From IMG/VR virus record IMGVR_UViG_3300048672_000282, positions 810 through 64,809 of that record: a stretch of DNA of 64,000 nucleotides; one strand, given 5' to 3'. Each line of letters begins with the position of its first letter. The stretch's first letter is position 1. Below the pieces are notes generated by a model. The model was not told where the DNA came from and ran no database searches. It saw nothing but the letters and a program-made list of their open reading frames with translations. The stretch comes from a virus. Lineage: Duplodnaviria > Caudoviricetes. The translations under genes and the position numbers were made by a program. This document shows, piece by piece, positions 25,261-37,200 of the stretch.

Positions 25261-28200
25261 TTCACTTTTCCAAACGCCAATAAGAAATTTTCATAAACCT
25301 GCATTTCTTTCTTCTCCATTTCTTTTAGTTGTAATCGTTTTTGCGCTAACGGCATATCGCTTATGCGAATAGAATCCTGTGCATCACGTAAAGACTTTAT
25401 CATTTTTTGCTGCTTGGTTGCGAATTTTGCCAAGGCTAATAACGGCGCATTATCTTTCATCATTTCAGCCATAGCCTCAGTATCATGTGCCGCTTTAGCT
25501 AATCTGAAAGAACCTGCTGCTTCTTTGGCTTCATCGACTGCTTTATAATATGCTTGCCTTGCATCCTGCACGCCAACTTCATGAGTAAACGCCTTTACTA
25601 CGGGTATTTCTTTTGTTTCAATTGCCGCACCTTTTGTACCTGTCATTCCAGCATTTATCGAATCAAGTGCAAATTGCCCTGCCCCACCTGTTAAGGATGT
25701 TAACCAAAACCGTAATGACTCTGGACTTACATCAACCAAACCGGCTTTATACTTGCTGCCACCCGATAAGTTATTCATTGTCTCAGCTAGTCCAGCATAC
25801 GCGCTGCCTTTTGTATTGCGCCACATGGTTTGACTGTCTGGCTTGGCCTCGTTCCACTTGTCCGGCATGATAGGCGCACCAAAGTTGTTTTCATTAACGC
25901 TTGTTGCTAATACCATTTTTGGCATTGTTGGCAATAACTGAAATGCGCCATGTTCGCTATCAATCGGATTGCCAAATGGCGAAAAATTATCAAATAATGC
26001 TGCCGTTAGTCTTATGCCAGCCTTATAGCCGCTTTCACCATGAGCAACATCGGATAGCGCATTTCCTAATGTATGAAATATACCGTATCCATAAGGCACT
26101 GGAAGCATATATTTTGTGTCACCAGAACCAAAAATAAGGTTTCTGTCCTTTAAATTCCCTGGTATCATCTTCCATTTTTCTTCATCATCATCGCCACCGC
26201 CTCGCATTGCTTCTGCCGCAAGATAAGCTGCCAATACCATAGTCCCAGCTAATGCTCTGGCTTGTTGTTTGTGTGGGCCGCTAGTTAATGCGGATAACAA
26301 TACATGCGTTCCTTGCATGTTTGGATTAAAGAAAAGGTATAGAGCGCCTAATTGTGTAGTCATCTCGCCTTTGCGATTAAAATTCATTAAGTCTTTAGCG
26401 GCTGCGGCTGCTTGTGCATTTGAATAACCGTCCGCTTTGAGCGTGTTGAAGGTGGCAAGCCTTAACGCATTTTCAGTAATTGAGTTCATGCGCTCCATTA
26501 GGTTTACAAAATGTCCTATAAATGGCGTTTTTGTAAACCCTGCCTTACCTGCCTTTGCAAGTGCATTAATACGCGCAATTGTTGGGCTTCTTCCTGCTGC
26601 TATAGCATCATTGTATGTACGGTTATAGGTATCTACTGCTCCCGCATATTCGTTGTATGCGTCCATCATATCGCGGCCTATCCTGTCTGTATCTGACATA
26701 TAAGCTGCACCTGTACTGCCGCCGCTCTTACGATAGGCATTTACTTCTTCTGATGAATTGTAATTTTTAAAGTGTTTGTACAATTCTTTCATGGCATGAG
26801 GATAAGCTGCCATAATTTTTCCAGCTTCTTTTATGCCAAACTTGCTGGTGTTAGTAATAAATCCTTGTATAGCGTCTCGGATAGGGTTTTTAATAATGAA
26901 TTGCGGCGACCATCCTGTATAAGCTTTAGACAAATATGAATTGACAATACGCGCACCTTCTATAATTTTACCAACTTCATCAATGCCAAGGTTTTTATAT
27001 GCCCTGGCAAGTAGTTCATCATTCCATTGTCCACGTATAGCTGCACCATTTTCATAGTATTGAAACTCATTGTCTGCCAGCATAGGCTTTGCCATTAAGA
27101 CGACTCTACCATCTTCAGTAGTGGTGTCTATAATAAAGTCTTTACGTACTCTCCCAAGTTTCAAGGATTCTTCATCAGCATAACGTCTGGCATCATTGAT
27201 ATTATCAAAGGCCATCACATCAGAACCGTGATATGTCACCATATAATGTTTTGCACCAGGCATGAACACTTGACGTTTAACTGGCTGTCCTATAGTGCCT
27301 ATTTCTGGATCATTAACTTCTCTGATAAAGTTTGCTGCAATGCGCCCTATCTTGTTTTTTTCAATGGCAATAATGGTTGTCTTGTAATCCTTTATAATAT
27401 TCTCGATAATACGTTCATCACGCTCACCATGCCCTAACCGGCGCTTATCCTTGGCATAGACAGACAAGCCTTTGCCTGTTCCCTGTATACCTTCATCAGC
27501 GCCTTTTACTGGCACATATAACTGAAATGTAGCGTGATAAGCGTCAGCCTGACTTTGAGGGATTATGCCTTCCTTGACTTTCATTTGCAGAATTAAATCG
27601 GTAATACTACGCCATTTATCAGCTACAGCCTTTAGCTGTGCATAGTCCGGCCTTGCTTTATACGCTGCCATTGCCGCTTGCGCTTCCGCATCTTCAACAC
27701 CGTAAGCTGTGGCTGTTGGTTGATCTGGTTTAATTTTTCTTATGCGTTTGTTGGCTTCTTCAGCATGTTGCATTTTAAGGAAGTCAGATATGTCATCAAG
27801 CGTCAAATTCGCTGCTTGCGCCTCTTTTACAAGCGGCCTTACTGTCATTTCGTCAAAGTCTTTAATTAGCTCTGTAGCTATGCCCTCGCGTATAGAATCT
27901 GCTTGATATACGTTTGTCTCATCCCTAACAGGATTAACAATGCCTTTTGCTTTCATATAAGCTCTGGCTTCGTTTATATCAGTACCAGTATAACCACCTT
28001 GTTTTGACGCTTTTAATTCCTTGTCTTCCTGTATTGTTTTGAATCGAATCATCTTGTCTTGCACTACGCGACGAGCCGCTTCCAGTTTTGTTTCTTCTGG
28101 TAAATTAGTAGATTGCTCTTCTGTTTGAGAGCGCGTGCTAAACAGGATATTATTATTCGTAGTACTGAATGCGCCGGTGTTTCCTAAATCTGTACTTACT

Positions 28201-31200
28201 GTTTCTACATTTACCAATGGATTTTTATAAAATTCTTCTGTATTTAGCTCTATAAAACTACCTGATTTTAATGCTTCATAAACATCAAAGGACATTTTTA
28301 ATTGATTAAGTATTTTTTTAAGCGCTTTATTTCTTTTTGGAAAATACCATTTATCTATAGATTCAGTAGTTTTTATAGGTGATATTACTTTAATAGTAGA
28401 TGAATTAAGTAATGGTTCTCCGTCAGAACCATAGCCAACGATTTCACCGTCTACTTTATATCCATATTTATAACCTAATACACCGTAACCTGGATGATTT
28501 GTAACAGCTATACCTTTTTCACTAAAATTATCCGCATGATTTATGGAATTTCTAATTGTTTTATTTTCTATTAATTTTGGTTCATTCTTATTAAATGTAA
28601 ATCTCCAAAATCCTTTAGTATCTTTAATTTCTTTATTTATTTTTTCAGCAATAAAATCTTGAAACCAATTTTTTAATGTATTAGTATGTTCACTCCTCGT
28701 ACCTAACGGATTATAAAACTTAATATGACCTCCTGGTAATATTTCAAGCGTATCCATTAATTTATAATCATCAGTTTTTATAATTTCAACAGGTACTCGT
28801 CTATATTCATCATTTCCTCGTTTTTCATAAATTTCAGTAGAAACTTTAAAGTAATTGTTACTTGTTTCTTGCAAATCAGTGGGCTGTTCTTCTGTTTGAG
28901 AGCGCATACTAAACAGGATATTATTATTCGTGGGACTGAATGCGCCGGTGTTGCCGATTGCAGACTTAACTTGGTTTGGATTTAATACACCTACTGTTTG
29001 AATGCCATCTTCCGTGAAATTAATAGAATCAAATTTAAATAAATTAAATAAATCACTGATCGCCTTACTGCCTTTTGTGCCAAAAAATGATGTGTTTTCC
29101 ATCCAAAAGTTATACGGAAAATAATGTGGGCCTGATTCTTCTTCTCTTGCTGATTGCTTAATAATGTCTAATAATTTTTTTACATCCTCATTATTAAACT
29201 TAATGCCATTATCTTTTGCTTGTTGCGCCATTTCTGTTACAAATGAGGCAATAGTATCGTCACCTTTAGTTAGTCTGTCGGCATCAAATGGATGTTCAGA
29301 TTTAAGAAACGCTGGTATTACATTTCCACCTGTGCCTTTGTTGTAATCGCGCATTTCTGCATATTCACTTGCAAACTTTTTATCAGCAGCAAACCATTTA
29401 ACAAATCCATTAAATTCGCTTATATCTTCTGCTGTGCCTTGAAACATTGGCTTGGGATCGCCATTTTCATCTATTACTTGGCTATTTTTAAACCACGCCT
29501 TAAACTCTGGTGTTCTCACCTGTGCATATTGAACAGCGTTAAGATTAGATGGCTTGCCATTGGGCGCAAGGCGTTGTCCTTGCTTGCTAAATAACGGCAT
29601 ACCTTCGCTGCGTACCTTTTCAGCCATTTCAGGTGTGATAATGAGTGCTGGTTGCTTTAGCGTTCCAGGTATCTGCATTCCCTTTTGCCCTGTTTCAACC
29701 CACCCTTCTATTTCAACACTACCCACCTTCCCACCAAACTTCTTGGCTATTTCCATAGCCGCCTGTGTGATCATTGCAGGTTTGCCGTTAGCATCCATGC
29801 CGTTTTCGTCGCCGTACATGGCCGCTGCCCAAGGTGCATCTATTTTTAAATCAAGACCGGAAAGCTTTTGATAACCCCTGTCATTTTTTGGTTGTTCCAG
29901 TAATTTTTTGGCGGCCTCTTTGCCTATATAGTCTTGCAATTTATCCGCATCAACTTTTATTGCACCCGATGTATCCCCATTAACCTGAACATAATAAAAA
30001 TCTTTTTTATCTTGATGATATGAAACAGCCTTTATCTGCTTACTCAAATCATAAAAATCCGATTGCTGATCACCTCGCGTCCAAGCCACGAACTTCTGGC
30101 CTTTGTCTATAGCATCGCTCAAGGTTTTCTTGAATAGCAGGGTTATGTAGGCATCGGTGGCTTTGTTTTTTGAGTCGGCTATGAAAGGTGCTGGAGGTAC
30201 TGTATTGATAGAATTTTTTAATTCTATTTCTCTAATTCTACTTAGTTCTCTGCCATTTAAAACCGTTAATGCTGCTTCTTTTGCCAACTCCTCTGTGCTT
30301 TCTTCTATCATTTTACCTGATCGAAAGCCTAACCAAAATTGATTTTTATCACCAAATGTTACTATATATGTTGGGTTTACATGCCGCTTGCTTAATTCAA
30401 CTTTGTATTCATTAGGTAGTTTGACAATGGGAACATATTTTTCAACTTTTTTTACTTTAAACCCCTTAGTCCTTCCCTCCTGCCCTCTACGGCTCTGAAA
30501 TTCATTAACCAACCTGCCCTCATTGCCATCGGCATCCACACGCTCATCCTCGCGTGTCCACATAACCTGCTTGCCTTTGCCGGTGTCGCCAAAATGGACA
30601 GCATCTGCCCCGCCCCATGCTTCGACTGCCGGGATAGTGACTATGCGCTCTATGTAATTTTTGCCGCCTGGAATGACGTAGTTGCTGTCGGCGTATTTGG
30701 TTTTTACAGGTGTTTCTCGTGTGCTTTCTAGTTCTGATAATCTGCCTGTTATTTCGCTATAACGCGCTCTATTGACAAGATGATTTGGATTTTCAGCAAG
30801 AAAACTGTTTGATGCTATTAATTCTTCACGTTCTTTTATTAATTCTTTTTCTTCTTTAGATAACCCTACATCATCACTCAGCACCACATCCTCAGTCCTA
30901 ACTGTCCCCGTATCGCGCATAAAAGCGTCCAAATCTTCGCGGGTTATCTTCTGTTTGTTGGCGGCTTTTGCATCAAGAAAATCGGTTATCCCACTCCAGT
31001 AAACCTCGTCAGCTTTAATTCCGGCCTTGCCTAAATTGCCTGGATTTTCTAGCCACTGCTTGAGTGAATTGGCATTAAGCATTGCTTGTTTGGGTATTTT
31101 GTCTGAGAGTATAGCCCTATGCAGTGCTGAGTATATGCGTTCTGGTGTGGCGCTGGCTAAATTACCATTAGCAACAGCATCAATCCTGCTACGGTAATCT

Positions 31201-34200
31201 TGATTAACTTTTTCCTGTTTAACTGCCATTCCATACTTAGAAGCCGCCCATAAATCAGCCGGTGTTAATGAACGTACAGTGCCGAAATCTACGCCATTAC
31301 GCATTAAGAACATACGCAATTGTGCAAATAGTTCTTTAAATATCTTGGCTATCTTTCCAGTTAATGATGTTGGCTCTTTGGCAAATTGCTCACCCAAGTA
31401 AGCGCGATATTCAATAGCTTGATTTTCAACAGGTGTCATAGCTGTTATGACTCGCTTGTAAGCGTCAAGCTCTTCTTTTGTGCCTATGCCTTTAGCGTTT
31501 AGATTAAATCGGTTTTGTAAGTCAGTTTCAAACCTGTTAAATACTGCTTTTATTTTAGGATCAACGTATTCTGCTCGATGAATTAGTTCATGAGTTAGAA
31601 CTATGGGAAGTGTTTTTTCTGTAATGTTATTAGCGAATAAATACATTTTATCGTTATCAGGATCATAAAGTGCTTCTGCTCCCTGTAATGATTTACTGTA
31701 TTTGTTCTTAATGGTTATATCATCGTCTGAAAAAATAACATAGTTATTTGCTGATGACTTGCCGCCTTCTGCTTTATAGCGTATGCCACGAATACCTAGT
31801 GAATGTAGGTAGTCGCTTGCTGCTTTGTCACTGCCTTTGTCTCTTGATAACTCATGATAATAGTCACTAGCGTTCATAAATAAATTAGCTTTCGATCTTA
31901 TATCTCTTGCCTCGCTAACTAATTTTATCCATTCAGGACTATCCAATTTTCCGTTTTTATCAAGTGTATCAAGTGCTTCTTGTATTTCTCTATATCTACC
32001 TATCTCTTCTAAATTCATACCCAATGCTTTTGATACCGTATCACTTTGACTAAGCATTGATTTATTCCAGTCAAGATACTCTTCTTGTTTTGGCGCTAAT
32101 TCAACATTGTAAAGTTTACCTTGTTTAAAATTTCCAGAATTTTCAAGTTCTTTTAAATACTCATTTTGATAAATACGCTCCCTTTTTTTATATCTTTCTG
32201 TTTCGTCTTTTATATTTAAATTTTCTTTATAAAAATTTATACCGGACATTCCACGCTCAGGTATATATTTAAAACCATTATGTTCAAATTCCTTTTTATA
32301 TGAAATAGCATTACCTTTTTCTATATCCCTATAATGCTCAGCTATTCCTTTTTCATCTGTAAAATAAATTCCATAACCAAAAGCTTGAGCACCTTCACCA
32401 GTTCCAATTTTATTAGAATCAAACTTTTCAAAATCATGCGGCCCACCATGCCAAGCTCCATGTAATAATGTTTCTCCTGTATTTAATACGCCTTCAGGCA
32501 ATGACTTTACCGAATCCATTACAACCAATTTACCAGCCTTCTGCATAGTCTGTATTGGCTTGCTTTGCATTGGCTGCATGGCTTGTACTTGGGCTACGGT
32601 TGAGCCTGTTGCGGGTTGTGTGGTTTTGCTGGCTAGTAAATCTGAACTATCTTTATTATCATAAATAAACTTTGCATTGATAGATCGTATTTGATTCGTG
32701 TTGAACATTACAACAGAGTTCATTGGTAACGGATCATTGACATTTAGCAAAATAGCCCCGTCCCGTCCTTCTTCTTTTGCCTTTTCAATAACCTTTGTAT
32801 AGCTTAGTTTTGTGGCTTGCATATCCTGGTTTTCATAGTCATAAACTAATGGGTTTTTAAGCCATGTATAAACGGGATAAACCACAGGCGCTGTTTCTTT
32901 CCCCGCAAATCTTGACGGTGCATAATCATCTTCATATACGTGATCATGGAATTTTGCACTTGCCCTTACTGCTGTATTATATTCATCAAGAATTCGCTGT
33001 TTGTCGTAAATGGGTTTAAATAACTGTACTATTTTTTTGGCAAAATCAAATGTTCCTTCCTTGATCAAATCTTGGTTTTTATTTTCTACCGCATCTTTTA
33101 CCTTCTCATAAAATCCGAACGGTCTATGGTATTCAGCCAGCGCAAATACTGTTTCTGTTATACCTGACCATTGATAATCTTTATGATCTTTTATTCTACT
33201 GGATTTTAATTCTTTATTTAATAATGTTTTTGCTTCTTCATGATATTTTTCTAATAACTGTTCTCTTTCACTTTCGTTAGAATCATATTTGAATATTCCC
33301 TCCCATTTCATTATTGCATCTTGAAAGGCATTAGTTTTATCCTTGTCATTCCATTTATATTGATTAACCTTCTTATTTATATCAATACCTAGCCTTGCTG
33401 CGGCATACTCCTCAGCCTGTCTTATTGTTGGTGTTGCATAATACGGATGTGATGCAGCCTTTGGGTTATCAGTAAAGAAATGCCCTTGTACGGCACTATC
33501 GGCTTTAGTGTTTATCCCTAAAACCTCATTATCGAATTTATCAAAGTCCACAAATGAACCATGATAAAGTTGCATTAATATTGGCTGTCCTGTTTTTGCC
33601 TCATTTGGATTGCTGGTTTTTTTAACACCGGCTAATCTATGCAGCCTATCCTCAGTTTTTAGTGCCTCTGAAATAGCTTTACCTTTGTCTGTGTATTTAT
33701 ATATGTTTCTTCCCGCCATTGGGCCGGGTACACTTTTTACTAGCCCTTTTTCTTCTAATGTCACCAAATCTGCTTTGTTTGGTTTTGGCGATAATCCATG
33801 TGCCTCTATGAATTTTATTGAATATTTTTCTGATTCACTTAATGATTCTGTCGTTTCAGCTTTACTAAACAACGGTTCACTGCGCTTGGTAATCGTAACC
33901 AACCGCGCATTAACACCTGTTTGTTTTATTAATGACTTATCCTGAAATGTTCCTGCTGGTAACTTCTCAACCTCAGCACCAACCTTATCCAGCCATTCCT
34001 TTGCGGCTACCGACTTTTTGTCACTGGCAAAAAACGCATGTTCGCCCATAATAGCTACAACTTTACCACCCGGCTTAACCATATCATAGGCGCGTTGTAC
34101 GTGCTCAATATCTTGGTTTTTTGAAAAAGGAGGATTCATAATTACAGAATCGTACTTCTCTGCTGGCGTGTATTCGGTAAAGTCATTGGCTACAATTGGA

Positions 34201-37200
34201 TAGCCTTTGGCTTTTAACACATCACGCAAATTACTGGATATTTCAACCGTATCAACTTTCGCGCCATTAGCCTTTGCAGCATCAGCAAGATTGCCATTAC
34301 CTGCACTTGGCTCTAAAACTCTACTACCTTCTTTAATTCCTGCGAGTTTAGCCATGCGTTCAGCTAAAGGTTTAGGCGTAGGAAAATAATCAATACCAAC
34401 ACCTTTATTGCCAACCAAAGCACGTTCGGCTTTTGTTATAGCGTCTTCTTCGCCTTTTTGTGTACGATATTTGATAAACTCTTTAGCTGCCGCTTTTAGT
34501 TCTTGGGCGTTATTAATGCCCATTGCTTTTAAGCGGCTTTGTTGTTGCGCTACTTCTTTCTTTTCCCATTCATAATTATTTTCAGATACTTTTGGATATT
34601 TAATAAATTCAACATCTTCTGTTTCTGCTGGCCTTCCTTTATGATTCTTTTGTTCTTGATAATCCCAGCGTTTTGAATCTCTAGCATACATAGCCTGATT
34701 AACCAGTGTATTTAACTGTTCAATCTGCGTCTTATTGCCTACCTTGGCAAGTGCTTTTGTTTCGCCGCGTTCATGAGCATTAGCAATGTTAAGTGTAGTT
34801 TGAGCTAATGCCTGCGCTTTTAATGATTCATCAATAGCAGAACCAGCATTCCTGGCCATTCTGGTTGTGTGCGTGTCTCTTGGTTTGTTTATTTCGGTTA
34901 ATGCTTTGTCTAAACTAGACTGTCCTATGGTACGTAGACGTGCTGCTGCTTTGAGTTGTTGTGGTGTGGCAGTAACAGGTGCGTTTGCTGTCAGTGACGG
35001 TGTTGGTTTATTTAACTGAGATTCGGAAATTACAGGAGATTCCGCTTGTGGCGCGGTCTGTGTATTTGCTTGTCTTATTGTTTGTACATTATCTGTACTT
35101 ACTGGTTTTATTATCTCTAACGCACCTTCTGCAACCGTTGGTTTTGCTATAAGTCTAAAGTCTTTTCCTTCTGATTTAACTTCAACAGGCTGGTTAAGTA
35201 TCTTTGAAAGCTTGGTTGCTGCTACTTGTGCGGCTGGTTGTGCTTTGAATAAAGTTTGGCTTTGGTTTGTATCTGCATCCCAATGTCTATCAAGGAAACG
35301 CTTGTCTTCAAATGATAGGTTTTGTGGTGTTATCGATGTTAAAGGTGTACTATATTTATCTACTATTGATTGATTAAATCCTGAGTTTGTTTCTTTATCC
35401 CTTGCAAATAGACTTTTTGCTTTTTCAATACCGATAGTATTAACTTTTGTTACAAAACTATCTATTGCTTGCTTTCTTGTTTTACCCGCATCAGAGACAA
35501 CGGTTCCTGTATCCTTATTTAATACAAAGAATGTATTTTCTTTTTTCTGATCTACTACTCTGCCAACAACAAAATTATCCTTGTCTAATTGATTAGCTAA
35601 TAATTTAGATTCTTTTGTAGATGCTACTCCATCATGCACTCTTGTTAATTCTGTATAAACAAGTCCAATATCATTAGGATTATCTTTTCCAGCTTTAGAG
35701 AATGCAATGTCTTTTGTATCAGAACGTTTCAATAAATTAGGGATAAAATCATCTGGTTTATTTCTAGCATAAGCGTTTTTCTGTATAGTTGCTATTTGTG
35801 AGTAACCTAAAATAGGCTTATTTTGTAAAACTGGAACTGACAAGTTTTGCTTGACGGTTGCTTGATTAAGTAAAGGTTCCGGCGTTAAAGTTTCCTTAGC
35901 TGTTGGCGTAGTTAAAGTTTCCTTAGCAGGTTGGTTTACGTTTCCTGCTTCCGTTCTTGACGTTTCTGGCGTGTTTTTTTCTTCTGGCGTTGTGTTCTTT
36001 TGGACAAGTGATTGCTCCGTTAGTGGTTCCTGAATTGCCTGATTCGTTGCCTCGCTTCCCTTGCGTATTGCACTTTCGTTTTGCACATTTCCTTCGCTAA
36101 TAGCCGGAATTTGTGCGCCTTGCGTCTTACTCTCTGCGTTAGTCTGTTGTGATACAGCCATTGGCGTATTGGTGGATTGCGCTTGATTGTCCAACAATTT
36201 ATTTTGTGCATTTTGCCTTAAATAACTCTCATAATCAGATAGTAATTGTTTACGCTCTGGCGTACCTTTGGTTTTTACATTGATGTAGCTTTTAGAATCT
36301 GCCTGACGCTCTTTCGGAATTGTGCCATCAACGTATTCACCCTGCGATTTTCTTGCTTCTTCTTGCGCTGCGTATTCAGCATAACGTCTGGCTGGAAGTG
36401 GTAACTTATTAAATGATTTTACGTCATATTCTTTAGATATGCCTTCATTGGACAATCCTTGATTAATCCTTTTCTGTTCTGCAATATCCTTGGCACTTGC
36501 TGTATCAGGTTTTGCTTGCGTAGCCTCAGACGTAGGTGTGCCAGTTTCCACCATTTCGGCTTGTGGCGGTATAGATGGTTGTGTTTCGCGTTGTTGTATT
36601 TCCGTTTGCGCTGTCGCAGGAATTTCGGCTGTCTGTTCGCTCGGTACTTGAGTTGTGGCCTCATTTATACGAGACGCATCACTTTTGTTTTCTTCTGCTC
36701 TAACTGCGCTTTCAGCCTCTTGGCTTCCTGTAACAGCGCCCTTTGCAGGCTGTGTCTGTACTGGAATTTCTCTACGTTCGTTAGTTGCATATTTAGCCTC
36801 TAAGTCTGGATAGTCTTTTAATACTTCTGCTGGTACTGGTTGATTTTCTTGCAGTGCTTTATCTACAATTTCTTTATGATAATTTTTGGTTTCATCTAAA
36901 TATTGGTTCCATGAATTACCATTATCAGTATTGTATTCTTTATCATAAAAAGGATTTACATTTTTATATGCTGGCTCATTAGCAAAAGTGTATGAGTCTA
37001 CCTGCCAAGGCTGCTTTACTTCTTCTTGAACAGGTTTTTTATTCTCTGCCACAGACTCGGCTTGTGGTATGTTTTCCTCAGCTCTGGATGTATCAACACT
37101 TGCTCTTTGTTGTTCTTGTTGTGCTGTATTAGCTTCTGCAATTCTTTTTGCGTCATCTTGTGTTAGCTTGGTTGCGTAGTCATCCGTCCATTCATAGCCA

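Noticed and set aside
28114-28955. Direct repeats as DGR template/variable repeats or IS ends
   Set aside because: Mismatches are not adenine-specific, there is no reverse transcriptase or transposase, and the repeats encode an in-frame linker
35880-35930. Short duplication AKETLT twice in the polyvalent gene
   Set aside because: Local slippage in a low-complexity linker
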